Source of the DNA: Alphaproteobacteria bacterium
GTDB taxonomy: Bacteria > Pseudomonadota > Alphaproteobacteria > UBA828
DNA: 64,000 nucleotides
Reading direction: 5' to 3'
Assembly (NCBI GenBank): GCA_965214705.1
Contig: OZ243972.1
Span: forward strand, 352,001 to 416,000
The position numbers were made by a program, and so were the translations under genes. Positions 1-10,397 of the stretch are shown piece by piece (within the stretch, counting starts at the first letter, position 1; each line of letters starts with the position of its first letter). A model generated the notes under the pieces. The model had not been told where the DNA came from, did no database searches, and worked only from the letters and a program-made list of their open reading frames with translations.

Positions 1-549
1 CTCGGCGACAGGCGCGACGCCTTCGAGAAGCTCCGCGACCTCGCCGCCGACGCCTACCGCGTCGAGACCGGCGACACATGGCGCCCGAGGCACGGCTCGC
101 ACACGAGCCAGACCGGACAGCTCACCTCCGCCGCCATCGACGCGCGCGACTTCCGCAGAGCTCGCAAGGACCGCGAGACGAGGGCGCACCTGCCCGAGGG
201 CACCCTGGTCGCGATCACCGGCGGCAAGACCGTCGCCGATGCCGACGCGGTCTGGAGCACGCTCGACATGGCGCGCGCAAAGTACGGCGACATGGTGCTG
301 CTACATGGTGGCGGTCCCGGCGTCGAGAAGATCGCCGCGAGCTGGGCAGAAGCGAGAGGCGTCAACCAGGTCATCTGCCGCCCGGACTGGAATGCGCACG
401 GCAAGGCCGCGCCCTTCCGCCGCAACGACGAGCTGCTGAACTTCCTGCCCAAGGGCGTCATCGCCTTCCCCGGCAGCGGCATCACCGGCAACCTCGTCGA
501 CAAAGCTCGGCAGCTCGGCATACCGGTTATGCAGATAAAGGCCGCGTAA
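1..549 (+). CDS. DUF2493 / YspA-SLOG family protein (5' truncated by window edge)
   Basis: Frame is open from base 1 to TAA at 549; motifs VAITGG, LLHGG-G-E, W..HGKAAPFRRND, AFPGSGIT are typical of plasmid/ICE DUF2493 proteins. Confidence 0.8.
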   Translation, partial: LGDRRDAFEKLRDLAADAYRVETGDTWRPRHGSHTSQTGQLTSAAIDARDFRRARKDRETRAHLPEGTLVAITGGKTVADADAVWSTLDMARAKYGDMVLLHGGGPGVEKIAASWAEARGVNQVICRPDWNAHGKAAPFRRNDELLNFLPKGVIAFPGSGITGNLVDKARQLGIPVMQIKAA

Positions 550-562
550 GCAGCGCGCGCCT

Positions 563-607
563 CGACGAAGCGGCCGATCCCCGATGCGGGATCGGCCGCT
601 TTCGTCG
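563..607 (+). terminator. GC-rich hairpin, probable intrinsic terminator
   Basis: AGCGGCCGATCCC-cgatgc-GGGATCGGCCGCT followed by TT, 14 bp after the stop codon. Confidence 0.6.
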
Positions 608-1323
608 TGTTTCACGACGGGCATCAACGAGCGTCTGCCTGTGTCCCCCGCCAGACCGCGCACCGCCAACCCGAGTGCGCGCTCGAAGCCCGGCGACGCC
701 GCGCTTCGCGCCGGCGCCGCTCGCGCTCGCTGCGGCGACCGTGCTTCCCCGCCCCTCCGCCGCCGCGCATCCGGCTCGGCGCTCGTGCGCCGTCGCCGGA
801 CGATGGCCTCGCAGCAGAGAGGCAGACCGCGGTTCAGTCCGCGAAGATCTGCCCGCAGTCAGGCAGCGCACGCCGTCGCCGGCCGTTGCAGCGGCGCCCC
901 CATGGACTGCGCGTGCTCCCGCTTGTGCCGGTGAGGACGATCAGGGCGATGAACATGGCCATGGTGCACCGGCGAGTGCGGCCGCCGACATCGTGCCGCA
1001 ATCCATCTTCGACCGCCGAACCGCAAGTCACGCGCGCGCCCTCGGTGTCAGCGCCGTCGCCGATGGCGACGAGCGCCTCCGCGGTTCGACGGACATTGAT
1101 GCCGTCGTGCCTGAACGGCCCGACGTCACCACGTCCGACACTCGTGAAGATCATGGTGATCGGTCCACTGCGCCGACCATGATCGCATGCCCCGGTTCCG
1201 CCGCATTTCCGAACGCCGCCAAGCCAGCGAGAACATGCCCCTGCACGAGCTCGGCAGATCGATCCCCGAGTGCGTCCCGAGCCGTGCCGAGCGCTCCGGC
1301 ATCGCCACACACGGACAACACAA

Positions 1324-3483
1324 CCCAAGTTGGCACTTTTTCCGACCAGCCGAGCCTGTTCGAGCCAGTTTTGCGGCGCTGAACCACTAGATGTTGGGGT
1401 TGGAGGACACCTGAGACCCACATTTGCCATTCGTGGTCCTGGAAGCCAATTGTGGGGCCAGGACTTTGGAGTTGAGTCGATATCCCTCTTGCCAGATGCC
1501 GCGAACGCCGTGTATGCGAAACAGGCATCGCAGAAACGGCGCCGCCATGTACATCAAGGCAACCAGGACACACACCGACAAGGCCGGCCAGCCGGTCCGA
1601 AGCCATCGCCTCGTGCTCGCCCAGCGCGTCGGCGACAAGGTGCGCCACAGGACGCTGCTCAATCTCGGCACCGACTATCCGGTGCCGCGCGAGAAGTGGA
1701 AGGCCGTCACCGAACTCGCCGAGGCGCTGCTTCACGGCAAGCCGCCGCTGTTCGAGGGCGAGGCGGATGTGCGGGCCGCAGCCGAGGACATCGTCGCCAA
1801 GCTCAGGGCCAGGGGGTTCCGCGTCGAGGCGATGCAGGAAGAGGCGCGCAAGCCCGACATCGCCACCGTCGACCTCGATACCCTGGAGCACGAGAACCCG
1901 CGCACGGTCGGCTGCGAGCGCCTGTGCCTCAAGGCCCTCGACGCCCTCGGCTTCGCCGAAATCCTCCACGGCCTCGACATCAAGGGCCGCGACGGGCGCA
2001 TCGCCAGCGCGCTGATCGTCGCCAGGATGGTCCATCCCGCCAGCGAGCGTGATACCAGCCGCTGGCTCCGCCACGACAGCGCGGCCGCCGAGCTCCTGGG
2101 CCTGGAGGGCGACCGCAAGGCGCTGCGGCGCAAGACGCTCTACCGCATCGGCGACCTGCTCTGGCGCCACCGCGCCGCCATCCAGCGGGAGCTGTTCAAC
2201 CGTGAGCGCGCACTGCTCGACCTGCCCGAGACGATCGCCTTCTACGATCTCACCAACGTCCACTACCACGGCCACACGGGCGGCGAGCTTCCCAGGTTCG
2301 GGCGCTCCAAGCAGAAGCGCGACGACTGTCCCCTCATCACGCTGGCGCTGGCGCTCGACGGCGCGGGCTTCCCGCGCAGTTGCGAGATCCTGCCGGGCAA
2401 CGTGAGCGAGCCGGGCACGCTGCACGAGGCGCTGGCGCGGCTCGAGGCGGTGTGCGGCGGCACGGCGCCGAAGCCCACGGTGGTCATGGACGCGGGCATC
2501 GCCACCGAGAAAAACATCGCGTGGCTGGGCGAGCAGGGCTACGACTGGATCGCGGTCAGCCGCGGTGCCAGGCCTGCGCCGCCCGAGGGCGGACCCGAGG
2601 CCCTGCTGATCACCAGCGCGCGCCACGAGGTGCGGGCCTGGCGGCTTGCCAGCGAGGACGGCGAGGCGCGGCTCTACGTCGTCAGCGAGGGCAAGAAGAA
2701 GGCCGAGAACGCGATCATCGGCCTGAGGCGGAACCGCTTCGAGGCGGCGCTGGAAAGGCTCCACGGCGGCCTCCCGGTCAAGGGCCGCCTCAAGCGCTAC
2801 GACAAGGTGCTGGAGAGCATAGGCCGCCTCAAGCAGCGCTTCTCCGCCGTCGCCAGGCACTACGAGATCACGGTCGAGAGGGCGAAAACCGGCCCCAATG
2901 CCACCGCCGTGCGCTTCAAGCGCAGGCCGCGATACGACGAGGCCGATGAGGGCGCCGGTGCCTATGTGCTGCGCACCAGCCACGTCGACTGGGACATCGA
3001 GACGGTCCTGCGGACGTACTGGCGGATCACGGATATCGAGGCGACATTCCGGAGCCTGAAATCCGAGCTCGGCCTTCGCCCGATCTGGCACCAGCTCGAC
3101 CGGCGCATCGCGGCCCACCTGCTGATCGCCGTGCTGGCCTACCACGCCGTGCATCTGATCCGTACCCGGCTGGCCGCGCGCGGCATCCACAAGTGCTGGG
3201 CGTCGATCCGCGAGAGCATGCGGACCTGGGTGCGGATCACCACGCGCCTGCGCCAGACCGACGGCACCTTGATCGTCAACCGCCAGGACACGCGCCCGGC
3301 CGCCGAGGTTGCCGCAATCTCCTCGGCGGCGGGCGTGGACCCCGCCATCCACCGCACGAGGACCCGTCTGATGAGCTGACAGAATCTCACAAAATGTGGG
3401 GCCATGTTGGAATCGACCGAGAAAAATATCGCGTTGAATCAAACCAATAGGGAACACAGGCAGCGGAAAAGTGCCAACTTGGG
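1324..3483 (+). mobile_element. IS1634-family insertion sequence
   Basis: Terminal inverted repeats CCCAAGTTGGCACTTTT / AAAAGTGCCAACTTGGG; ACAA duplicated at 1320-1323 and 3484-3487. Confidence 0.85.
1547..3379 (+). CDS. IS1634-family DDE transposase
   Basis: Start MYIKAT; motifs FYDLTN, FGRSKQKR.DCP, VVMDAGIA, IEATFRSLKSELGLRPIWH. Confidence 0.9.
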   Translation: MYIKATRTHTDKAGQPVRSHRLVLAQRVGDKVRHRTLLNLGTDYPVPREKWKAVTELAEALLHGKPPLFEGEADVRAAAEDIVAKLRARGFRVEAMQEEARKPDIATVDLDTLEHENPRTVGCERLCLKALDALGFAEILHGLDIKGRDGRIASALIVARMVHPASERDTSRWLRHDSAAAELLGLEGDRKALRRKTLYRIGDLLWRHRAAIQRELFNRERALLDLPETIAFYDLTNVHYHGHTGGELPRFGRSKQKRDDCPLITLALALDGAGFPRSCEILPGNVSEPGTLHEALARLEAVCGGTAPKPTVVMDAGIATEKNIAWLGEQGYDWIAVSRGARPAPPEGGPEALLITSARHEVRAWRLASEDGEARLYVVSEGKKKAENAIIGLRRNRFEAALERLHGGLPVKGRLKRYDKVLESIGRLKQRFSAVARHYEITVERAKTGPNATAVRFKRRPRYDEADEGAGAYVLRTSHVDWDIETVLRTYWRITDIEATFRSLKSELGLRPIWHQLDRRIAAHLLIAVLAYHAVHLIRTRLAARGIHKCWASIRESMRTWVRITTRLRQTDGTLIVNRQDTRPAAEVAAISSAAGVDPAIHRTRTRLMS

Positions 3484-3786
3484 ACAAGTCGCACCTTGTG
3501 TTTCCATGCAAGCGTGCCATAGGAATTTCCCGTGTTCTCCGGCAAACACACCCGAATTCTCGGATCCCTGGCCTCACCAAGCCTCCCCTCGCCCCATAAG
3601 TGGCTGGGCCTGATAGTTTTTCTGCGGACCCTTGGACCTGTCCTACGCCCTCAGGGCGCTTTTACCGTCACACCCCACGCGCCTGAAGGCGCAAAGATGT
3701 TTTCAGGCGACATAGCCTGTCATGGCCGGACACGAGAGGACAGAATCGTAGCGAATCCACAGGCAGTGGCGTTGGAACGAGCGAAC

Positions 3787-3857
3787 TACATTGAAATACG
3801 GCCCCTAGCCACCTGATTGGACGCATGTCTTGACAGGTAGTAATACATTGAAATACG
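3787..3857 (+). promoter_or_regulatory. 14-bp direct repeat TACATTGAAATACG x2 flanking a TTGACA box
   Basis: Copies at 3787-3800 and 3844-3857; TTGACA at 3830-3835; lies upstream of an RHH gene. Confidence 0.45.
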
Positions 3858-3996
3858 AAGGAGCTTTGCGAATCCAACCGGCGCGTAGTTCTTTGAAACA
3901 CGCGACTTGCAGGGGCTGACAGGGCGACACATGTCCGCAATCCGGAGCACGAGAAGATGAACGCCCAGCGAGATCGCCTTGCGGGAGAACGCTAAC

Positions 3997-4588
3997 GTGA
4001 CGAACAAAAAACGGTCATGGCCAGCGGATTGGCCACCCCGTAGAATGAGAATTTAGACGCGCTCGGCGGAGGCCGACTTCGGGCCACATCGGGGAAGCCT
4101 ACCGGTCGTAGCCACCCAGCCGGGCGCCTGTTGCCGACGGTGAGCTGGGCGACGCGGGATGAGCGCCAGCGTCGCAACAAGTTGGCTTGCGCCGATCCCC
4201 AGGCATTTTCACGGCAAGCAAGACAAGACCCCGCTCCAAATCCCAAGTCGATGAAAAACCGGCCGGGATTCGCTCGCCGAGAACCGTCAGATTCACAGAT
4301 GCCGAGTGGGCGAAGGTCCAGCGAGCCGCAGCAGCAGCCAACATTTCGACCGCCACCTTCGCGCGCAACGCCGTCCTGAACGCCGTAGTCGAACCCACGG
4401 AAGCCTCCGACGGCACCCTTCCGCCCGGCATGCTCGAGCGGGTCAAGCGCACTTATCGCAGCGCCTACACCCTTTCGACGCTCATGCGGGACGACATGAT
4501 CCGCGAAGGGCGGCAGGAACAACTCGAACGTACGGTTCAGGCGGCGCGGGATGCCGAGGCTCACGTCCTGGGCGACGCGTCAGAGTAG
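3997..4588 (+). CDS. Ribbon-helix-helix / MobC-like DNA-binding protein, 5' end interrupted by a mini-element
   Basis: RTVRFTDAEWAKVQRAAAAANISTATFARNAV fits the RHH pattern; GGGAG RBS and GTG at 3997 are separated from the gene body by the 4012-4215 insertion. Confidence 0.6.
4012..4215 (+). mobile_element. Non-autonomous IS110-derived mini-element (~204 bp)
   Basis: Left end CGGTCATGG..GCCACCCCGTAGAATGA, internal CTTCGGGCCACATCGGGGAAG and right end TTTCACGGC|AA all match the ends of the IS110 at 11398-13166. Confidence 0.7.
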
Positions 4589-4818
4589 CCCCGTACCGCG
4601 CCTGCTCCGTTCCCGTCGCGGCAGGCGGCAAACGAGAGCTAGAGGAGGGCTTTGGGAAGAGTGAGCAGGGAGGGGGTCGAGAGAGTGTCCCCTGACCCAC
4701 TCGTCACCCATCGTCAGCAACCTGGATGTGAAGGAGACGAACAATGGCCTTCGGTTTGTAACTGCCCAGGTTGTTTCTGGGGATGATTCCGCTGTTGGGG
4801 AGTTCTCGCCGGGTCGGC

Positions 4819-6324
4819 TCACGCGCACTTGACGGTGGCGATGAGTTGGTCCGATGGGCTCATCAGGGCTTCGATGATGTTCCAGCCCTGCTTTCTGGCG
4901 GTGGTGATGACGCTGCGCAGGATGGCGAAGTTCTCGGCCCCCTTCTCGGATCGGAAGCCCCCGGAGATCTTCTGGCGCAGCTTCATCATCCGAAGGTCGC
5001 GCTCGGCCTCGTTGTTTGTGAACCCGACCTCGAGGTCGGTCAGGAACCGGAGCACCGCGCACTTGCGGTCGCGCAGCCTCAAGGCCAGATTGTGACCGAT
5101 CCGTCGTTTCCGGCGTTTCTTCCTCTTGCCAGGCGAGAACGGCGGTTGGCTCTCGTGGAAGGCCAACGCCTCGGCAATGATCTCGTCGTATCGGCGCTCG
5201 ATCAGCGCCGCAAGCCTCGCCGGAACGGCGATATCCTTGTCCTGTGCGATCCGGGCGGCGCGATTTGCCCGGCGCAGAAGCTGCTGCATGTGGCGAGCCC
5301 AGGCCTCCCCTTCGATGTCCACCAGAGCCTGCAACTCCCGCAGGTGATGGGCGTTGCACAGGCTGTGCTCCACACCCTCCATCGTAAAGTACGGCTTCCA
5401 GTGATCGTGAACGACGATGCCGGAAACACCCGAGAGCAAGGCGCCGCGCCTGCCGCTGACCCGGTACGCCGCCAGATGCGGCGTGCAGATCACATGAAGC
5501 CACTGCGTCTGCCCGCCGATCCGGAACCCGGTCTCGTCCATGTGCTTCACCCGCGCCGTGCCCGCCGCCAGATCCTGTATGTGCGAGGCCACGTCCCGCA
5601 GCCGCTCTGCCGCCCTCTCGCTCATCGTCGCCAGCGTCGCAGCCGTCACCGGCGCGCCGAACAGCTCGGCCATCACCTGCGACAGCCGATCCTCCGGCAG
5701 GAAGTGGGCGTGCTGAAGGTAGACCGCCACGCCTGCAATGCGAGGGCCGTACTGCACCGGTGCCGACACCCCGTCGGGGAACGCCGCCCGCGTCACCGTC
5801 CCGCAATGCCCGCAGCACTTGGCATGCGCCCGGTGCTCGGTCACCTCCAGTGGGCTCGGCTCGGGCAGATCGAAGACCTGGCGGGCGACCGGCGTTCCCG
5901 CCTTGGCCGCGTCCGAAAGCGACGAGCCGCATCCCTTGCAGGAAGCCGGCATGTGGTCCTTCACCCGATCCGGGTGATCGCGGTGGCGCAGCGTCTTGCC
6001 CTCATGGCCGGGCTGCCCGCCGGGCTTGCGGCCCGATTTGCCGCGCAGGCTTCGGGTTCGCCGCTTCGACCTCGGCTTCTTCAGCCCATCGCTCGAAGGC
6101 GGCTTGCCACTGTTGCCGCTGTCGAGGCCAAGACGGCGCTCCAACTCCTCGATGCGCTCGACGAGACGCGCGACTTGCTCTTCCAGCCGCGCGTTCTGCT
6201 GCCGAAGCCAAGCGTTTTCCTCTCGAAGCCGGGTGTTCTCCTCTTCCAGATGGGCGATCTTCTGTGCGGGCGTTTCGGGCGCTGCCCCCGTCGAAGGGCC
6301 GCGCGGCGACTCGGGATTGCTCAT
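4819..6324 (-). CDS. tnpC: IS66-family transposase (TnpC-like)
   Basis: Leucine zipper, NSGKPPSSD, zinc finger, HMDETG, VHDHW, CNAHHLREL, FTNNEAERDLR. Confidence 0.92.
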   Translation of the reverse strand: MSNPESPRGPSTGAAPETPAQKIAHLEEENTRLREENAWLRQQNARLEEQVARLVERIEELERRLGLDSGNSGKPPSSDGLKKPRSKRRTRSLRGKSGRKPGGQPGHEGKTLRHRDHPDRVKDHMPASCKGCGSSLSDAAKAGTPVARQVFDLPEPSPLEVTEHRAHAKCCGHCGTVTRAAFPDGVSAPVQYGPRIAGVAVYLQHAHFLPEDRLSQVMAELFGAPVTAATLATMSERAAERLRDVASHIQDLAAGTARVKHMDETGFRIGGQTQWLHVICTPHLAAYRVSGRRGALLSGVSGIVVHDHWKPYFTMEGVEHSLCNAHHLRELQALVDIEGEAWARHMQQLLRRANRAARIAQDKDIAVPARLAALIERRYDEIIAEALAFHESQPPFSPGKRKKRRKRRIGHNLALRLRDRKCAVLRFLTDLEVGFTNNEAERDLRMMKLRQKISGGFRSEKGAENFAILRSVITTARKQGWNIIEALMSPSDQLIATVKCA

Positions 6325-6373
6325 GCCGCTGTTGAGTCATTTCCCGAAATTCCCGTCAACCCCTTTACGCCAA

Positions 6374-7584
6374 AAGGCTTATCCCCTTGACCCCGGTTTG
6401 ACGACATCTTGTGTTTGGGTTGGCAGGGACGAGTTGTTCGTGTAATGTTCTCGCCATGCCGAGCCGCTGGAAGCACGACCGCCCGATGTCCCGCGCTGCC
6501 TTCGAGGCGCGCTTCCCCGATGAAGAGGCCTGCGCCAGACACCTCGCGGCAAAGCGTTGGCCCGACGGCTTCGTTTGCCCCGCTTGCGGCCATGACAAGG
6601 GTTGGGAGTTGAAGCGTCGCAGGGCGAGTTGGGAATGTGCGGGCTGCGGCAAGGAGACGTCGGTGACCGCGGGCACGATCATGCATCGCAGCCACCTGCC
6701 GCTGAAGACCTGGTTCACCGCCATCCATATGGTGACCAGCCATTCGAACGGCATCTCCGCCCTGCAACTCCAGGCCCAGCTCGGGCTCGGCAGCTACAAG
6801 AGTGCGTGGCTGCTGCTGCACAAGCTGCGTCGCGCCATGGTCGATCCCGACCGCAGCCTGCTTGAGGATCTGGTTGAGATCGACGAAGCCTCGTTGCCGC
6901 AGCGCACCGCGCAAGACCCGCCCACCGGCGGGCAAGGCCGCAGCGCGCAAGGCAAGATGCTCATCGCCGGAGCGGTCGAGCTGTCTCCCGAGGGTGAGCC
7001 GCGCCGCATCCGCCTCGCGCCGATCGTGGATTACTCCGCGCTCAGCCTGCACGCCTTCGTTGCCGCCACCTCGGCGTCGGGCGCGCTGGTGATCACCGAC
7101 GGTTGGAGCGGCTATCCCGGCCTGTCCGGGCACGACCATGAGGCCAGGATCGTCGGCGACACGCCCGCCCATCTCGTGCTGAAGTGGACCCATCGCGTCT
7201 TCTCGAACCTGAAACGCTGGGCGCTCGGCACCTTTCACGGCCTGCGCCGCGCCCATTTGCGCCGTTACCTCGACGAGTTCGTCTTCCGTTGGAACCGACG
7301 CCGCCACACCGACGCCGCCTTCGACACCCTGCTCGGCATCGGCGCCGGCCTTCAACCCGCCAGCTACCGCGACTTCGTCGAACAACGCGCCTGATCCCAC
7401 CGGCCGGTCAACACCGTGCCGCAGCCAGCCATTCCGGCTGTCTCGGAGTCATTATACCGAACTCCGGCACCGCGTGACGGGGCCGGGCAGCGCTCTCGCC
7501 AGTCCAAGATATCACGCGTGCGACGCGCGCCGATGCCGGCGACGATCAACATCTTGCGTCACCGGAACCAAGGGGAGAAGCCTT
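6374..7584 (+). mobile_element. IS1595-family insertion sequence
   Basis: Inverted repeats AAGGCTTATCCCCTT / AAGGGGAGAAGCCTT; 8-bp TSD TACGCCAA at 6366-6373 and 7585-7592. Confidence 0.85.
6456..7394 (+). CDS. IS1595-family transposase
   Basis: RWPDGFVCPAC zinc ribbon, VEIDE, ITDGW, YLDEFVFRWNRR. Confidence 0.92.
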   Translation: MPSRWKHDRPMSRAAFEARFPDEEACARHLAAKRWPDGFVCPACGHDKGWELKRRRASWECAGCGKETSVTAGTIMHRSHLPLKTWFTAIHMVTSHSNGISALQLQAQLGLGSYKSAWLLLHKLRRAMVDPDRSLLEDLVEIDEASLPQRTAQDPPTGGQGRSAQGKMLIAGAVELSPEGEPRRIRLAPIVDYSALSLHAFVAATSASGALVITDGWSGYPGLSGHDHEARIVGDTPAHLVLKWTHRVFSNLKRWALGTFHGLRRAHLRRYLDEFVFRWNRRRHTDAAFDTLLGIGAGLQPASYRDFVEQRA

Positions 7585-7811
7585 TACGCCAATTCCGCAG
7601 GACTATCCCACGCTCCCCAAATGCGGACGATCCGGGCTGCGTTCGGGCGATTTCGGGTGTTGCGGCTCCCGCGCGATAGCCCGATTCGCAGGCTCACGGT
7701 TCGGGCGAGACGTTGGCTTGGCCGCAATGGGCGTCAGGTGCTGACAGACCGGCGGTGACGAGGCTGCACACCGCCATTGTCCGCCGTCCGGATCGGCCGG
7801 CGTCGTAGCGC

Positions 7812-8468
7812 TCAGGGAGAAAGGATTGCTTCGAAGGCGTCCTCGCGCTGGAGCGCGAAGTGCCGGGTTGCCGAGGCGACGCTGTCGAAGTCGGTCTTGT
7901 GGATGATGAGCGCGATCGCGATGTTGGTGCAGAGCGCGTTGTTCTCGGGCGCGAACCCGGTGCGCGCGAGGCAGGCGTCCTCGGCGAAGAGCTTGTCCCT
8001 GACGTGGTGGTTGACCTCGACGGACCAGTGGCCGCGGTTCCAGGCGAGAAGGTCCTGTGGCGAGGCGCGCTCTGCCGGCACCGAGGTGATGCCGTAGGCG
8101 TGCTCGATGCTGGTCTCGCCTGTGCCGTTGCGCCGTGCGTCGGTGCGCTTGCGGGTGACGCGGAACATCTGCGCGACATGAGGGTAGTTGATCAGGCCTG
8201 GAAGCGGGGTCAGGGTCTCGATGCGGCGTTGCTCGATGCGGCCATGGGCCTTGGCGACATCTTCCTCGAAGTGTCCGCTCGCGTCGCGCTCCCAGTCGAT
8301 GGAGGCGAGGGTCTCGCAGGTCTCGGGCGCGTTTTCCTTGACCGTCATGAGATAGTCGGCGCCGTGGGTTTCCTTGATGGTGCGCGCGGTGTCGCGGGTG
8401 GTGTCGCGGGTGGTGTCGCGGGTGGTGTCGCGGGTGGTGTCGCGGGTGGTGTCGCGGGTGGTGTGCAC
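7812..8468 (-). pseudogene. ISAs1 transposase, C-terminal half
   Basis: GADYLMTVKEN, HGRIEQR, RGHWSVE..HHVRD..F.ED; joins in frame to 30341-31548 at DALH|TTRDT. Confidence 0.88.
8388..8464. repeat. Tandem repeat (GGTGTCGCGGGT)x6 plus GGTGT at an element junction
   Basis: Six exact 12-bp units, encoding (TRDT)6. Confidence 0.95.
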
Positions 8469-8498
8469 TAAATAACGCTATTGCTTAGTGCACGGGGG

Positions 8499-8896
8499 CT
8501 GACGCAGGGTTGCAGTTTCCTCCTTTATTAAAGTTATACTACAAAAGGTTATGTCTCAAGTCAAGGGTGATTGGAGCGGGGACGTAGGACACATTGGCTG
8601 ATCCTGTGTCTCTCGGCAGTTGCATTCAGGGGAGCCGGCAAGTGGAATTCGTCGTGGAGTAGTGATCTGGTGGCTGTTGCGGGATCGGATCATTCGGTCA
8701 GGACACAAGTATGGCACAGGTTCTTGTGTGCGAGGAATGTCATAGGAGTTTCGTGATCTATTCTACATGCAGGGGTAGCCCCGTGTCCCGGTTGCAGCAG
8801 GTTCCTACGGGCGGCTGGGCCGCGATGAGGGAGGATACCGGCGGACGCCGCCAGCGCGCGATCATGGCCACCGATGCCGAGTGGGAGCGGAGTGCG
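8499..8896 (+). repeat. Conserved ~400-bp distal end of the element with a truncated RHH gene start (copy 1)
   Basis: Diverged direct repeat of 13481-13874; shared blocks TGACGCAGGGTTGC, ACACATTGGC, CGTGTCCCGGTTGCAGCAGG, MRED..GRRQRA.MATDAEWER. Confidence 0.8.
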
Positions 8897-8934
8897 AGAC
8901 AATCCCGCCGCTACCGTGGACTAATTTCTCACCG

Positions 8935-9234
8935 CCGTTCACACTGTCGCGCCTGCTGAACGGCAAGGCGGGCGTATCGGCGAACATGGCCTTGGCGCTG
9001 GAGGATATCGGCTGGGGAACCGCCGAGCACTGGATGCGGATGCAGGCGAGCTACGAGCTTGCACAGGCGCGCCGCAACCGAGCCGTTGTCGAACGCCGCG
9101 CTGGCGCGCTTCAAGCTTGCCCGAGCGTCGTGCCAGCACTGCCGGACAGGGAGTTGTCCCGCATGCCGCCGGTCATCCGCTTCCTGACAACGGCAGGCTG
9201 CGACACGCCGCGCACCACGCGCGGCGCCGCCTGA
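8935..9234 (+). pseudogene. higA: HigA-type antitoxin (HTH-XRE) fragment lacking its N-terminus
   Basis: TLSRLLNGKAGVSANMALALEDIGWGTAEHWMRMQASYELAQAR. Confidence 0.7.
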
Positions 9235-9314
9235 TGCGCCTGTCGTGGAACGAGGTCCGCCCGAAATCTTGGTGAGCAATTTCCGGACCTTCGAGCTTCA
9301 CGATCTTGACTCGC

Positions 9315-9406
9315 GCATGGACGCAGCGATGATCGCGTCCACCTTTTTCGCCGCTTAGACGACATGCGCATCGGCAAGGTGAGCATAGCTCGCCATCGTC
9401 CGGTGC
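9315..9406 (-). pseudogene. Tyrosine recombinase C-terminal scrap 1
   Basis: HRTMASYAHLADAHVV*AAKKVDAIIAASM, the catalytic-Tyr helix. Confidence 0.6.
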
Positions 9407-9426
9407 TGCCTTAGGAGACAGCCAGA

Positions 9427-10209
9427 ATGCCGATTTACGAGAAAACCGTCAAGGAGCTGATGCACGAGTTCGCGGCCCAGGAATTGGGGCCAGGGAAGGT
9501 CTTCTCTCGTAAAGATGCGATTCGCTGGTTTGCCGAGCACTATCCGAGAATCAAGAGCAACACCGTCGGGTTGCATGTGGACGGCATGTCGGTGAACAAT
9601 TTTACTCAACGTCGGCACAGCCCCCAGATAAAGCCGGACAAGGACTGGGACCTGTTCTACAAGGAGGGCCCGCGCGAATTTCGCTTATGGGATCGCGAGA
9701 ACGATCCAGACCCCCGCTACAAGACCGATCTTGATGCAGATATTGGAGGAAGCGTTGCCAGGGCGGACGATATTGCCGGAGAGACCTCTGAGGAAGACGA
9801 CCCCGGTTCGCGCAAGTTCGCGTTCGAGCGGGACCTTCAGAACTATCTCGTGCAAAATCTCGGACTTTTGGAACCCGGCCTGAAGCTCTACGAAGACGAG
9901 GACGGAGAATTCACCGGCGTCGAGTTTCCCGCAGGCCAGCGCCGCATAGACATTCTCGCGGTCGGTGGCGACAGCGCCTACGTGGTGATCGAGACCAAGG
10001 TGTCCCGCGCCTACGACCGAGTCGTAGGTCAGGTTCTCCGGTATATGGGCTGGATTAAGGAAAACCTCGCTGGCGATGCGCCGGTCAGGGGCGTTATCGT
10101 CGCCAGCGAGATTTCGGAGGACCTCATTCTGGCAACTTCCTCCGTCGAGAACATTAGGCTCGTTGAGTACGAAATTTCTTTCTCCCTTAAATCCGTTTTC
10201 GGGCAATGA
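9427..10209 (+). CDS. PD-(D/E)xK endonuclease, NucS/DUF91-like C-terminal domain with an N-terminal putative DNA-binding domain
   Basis: AGGAG RBS; FAFERDLQNYL, RRIDILA, VVIETK, VVGQVLRYMGW. Confidence 0.75.
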   Translation: MPIYEKTVKELMHEFAAQELGPGKVFSRKDAIRWFAEHYPRIKSNTVGLHVDGMSVNNFTQRRHSPQIKPDKDWDLFYKEGPREFRLWDRENDPDPRYKTDLDADIGGSVARADDIAGETSEEDDPGSRKFAFERDLQNYLVQNLGLLEPGLKLYEDEDGEFTGVEFPAGQRRIDILAVGGDSAYVVIETKVSRAYDRVVGQVLRYMGWIKENLAGDAPVRGVIVASEISEDLILATSSVENIRLVEYEISFSLKSVFGQ

Positions 10210-10299
10210 CCCGGCATGCCGGTATGTGGTGAAGACGGTCATCAACTGGTTCGCCAGCGCACAAACGCACGCCGGAACTGACGTTCAGAGCATCGGCAC

Positions 10300-10397
10300 C
10301 GATTCCCATGGCTGCTGCGATAAAGCCTCCCACTTTCTCCGCCGCCGCGACCAAGTGCGCATCGTCAAGATGGGCGTAGCCTGCCGTGGTCCGGTGT
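10300..10397 (-). pseudogene. Tyrosine recombinase C-terminal scrap 2
   Basis: RHRTTAGYAHLDDAHLVAAAEKVGGFIAAAM. Confidence 0.65.

Noticed and set aside
600-1320. Overlapping ORFs downstream of DUF2493
   Set aside because: Arg/Ala/Pro-rich with no recognisable motifs; probably shadow ORFs or decayed sequence
7411-7420. ACACCGTGCC identical to the third element's junction at 31928
   Set aside because: It lies upstream, inside IS1595, without the tagtGC end or subterminal repeat; a 10-bp match is plausible by chance
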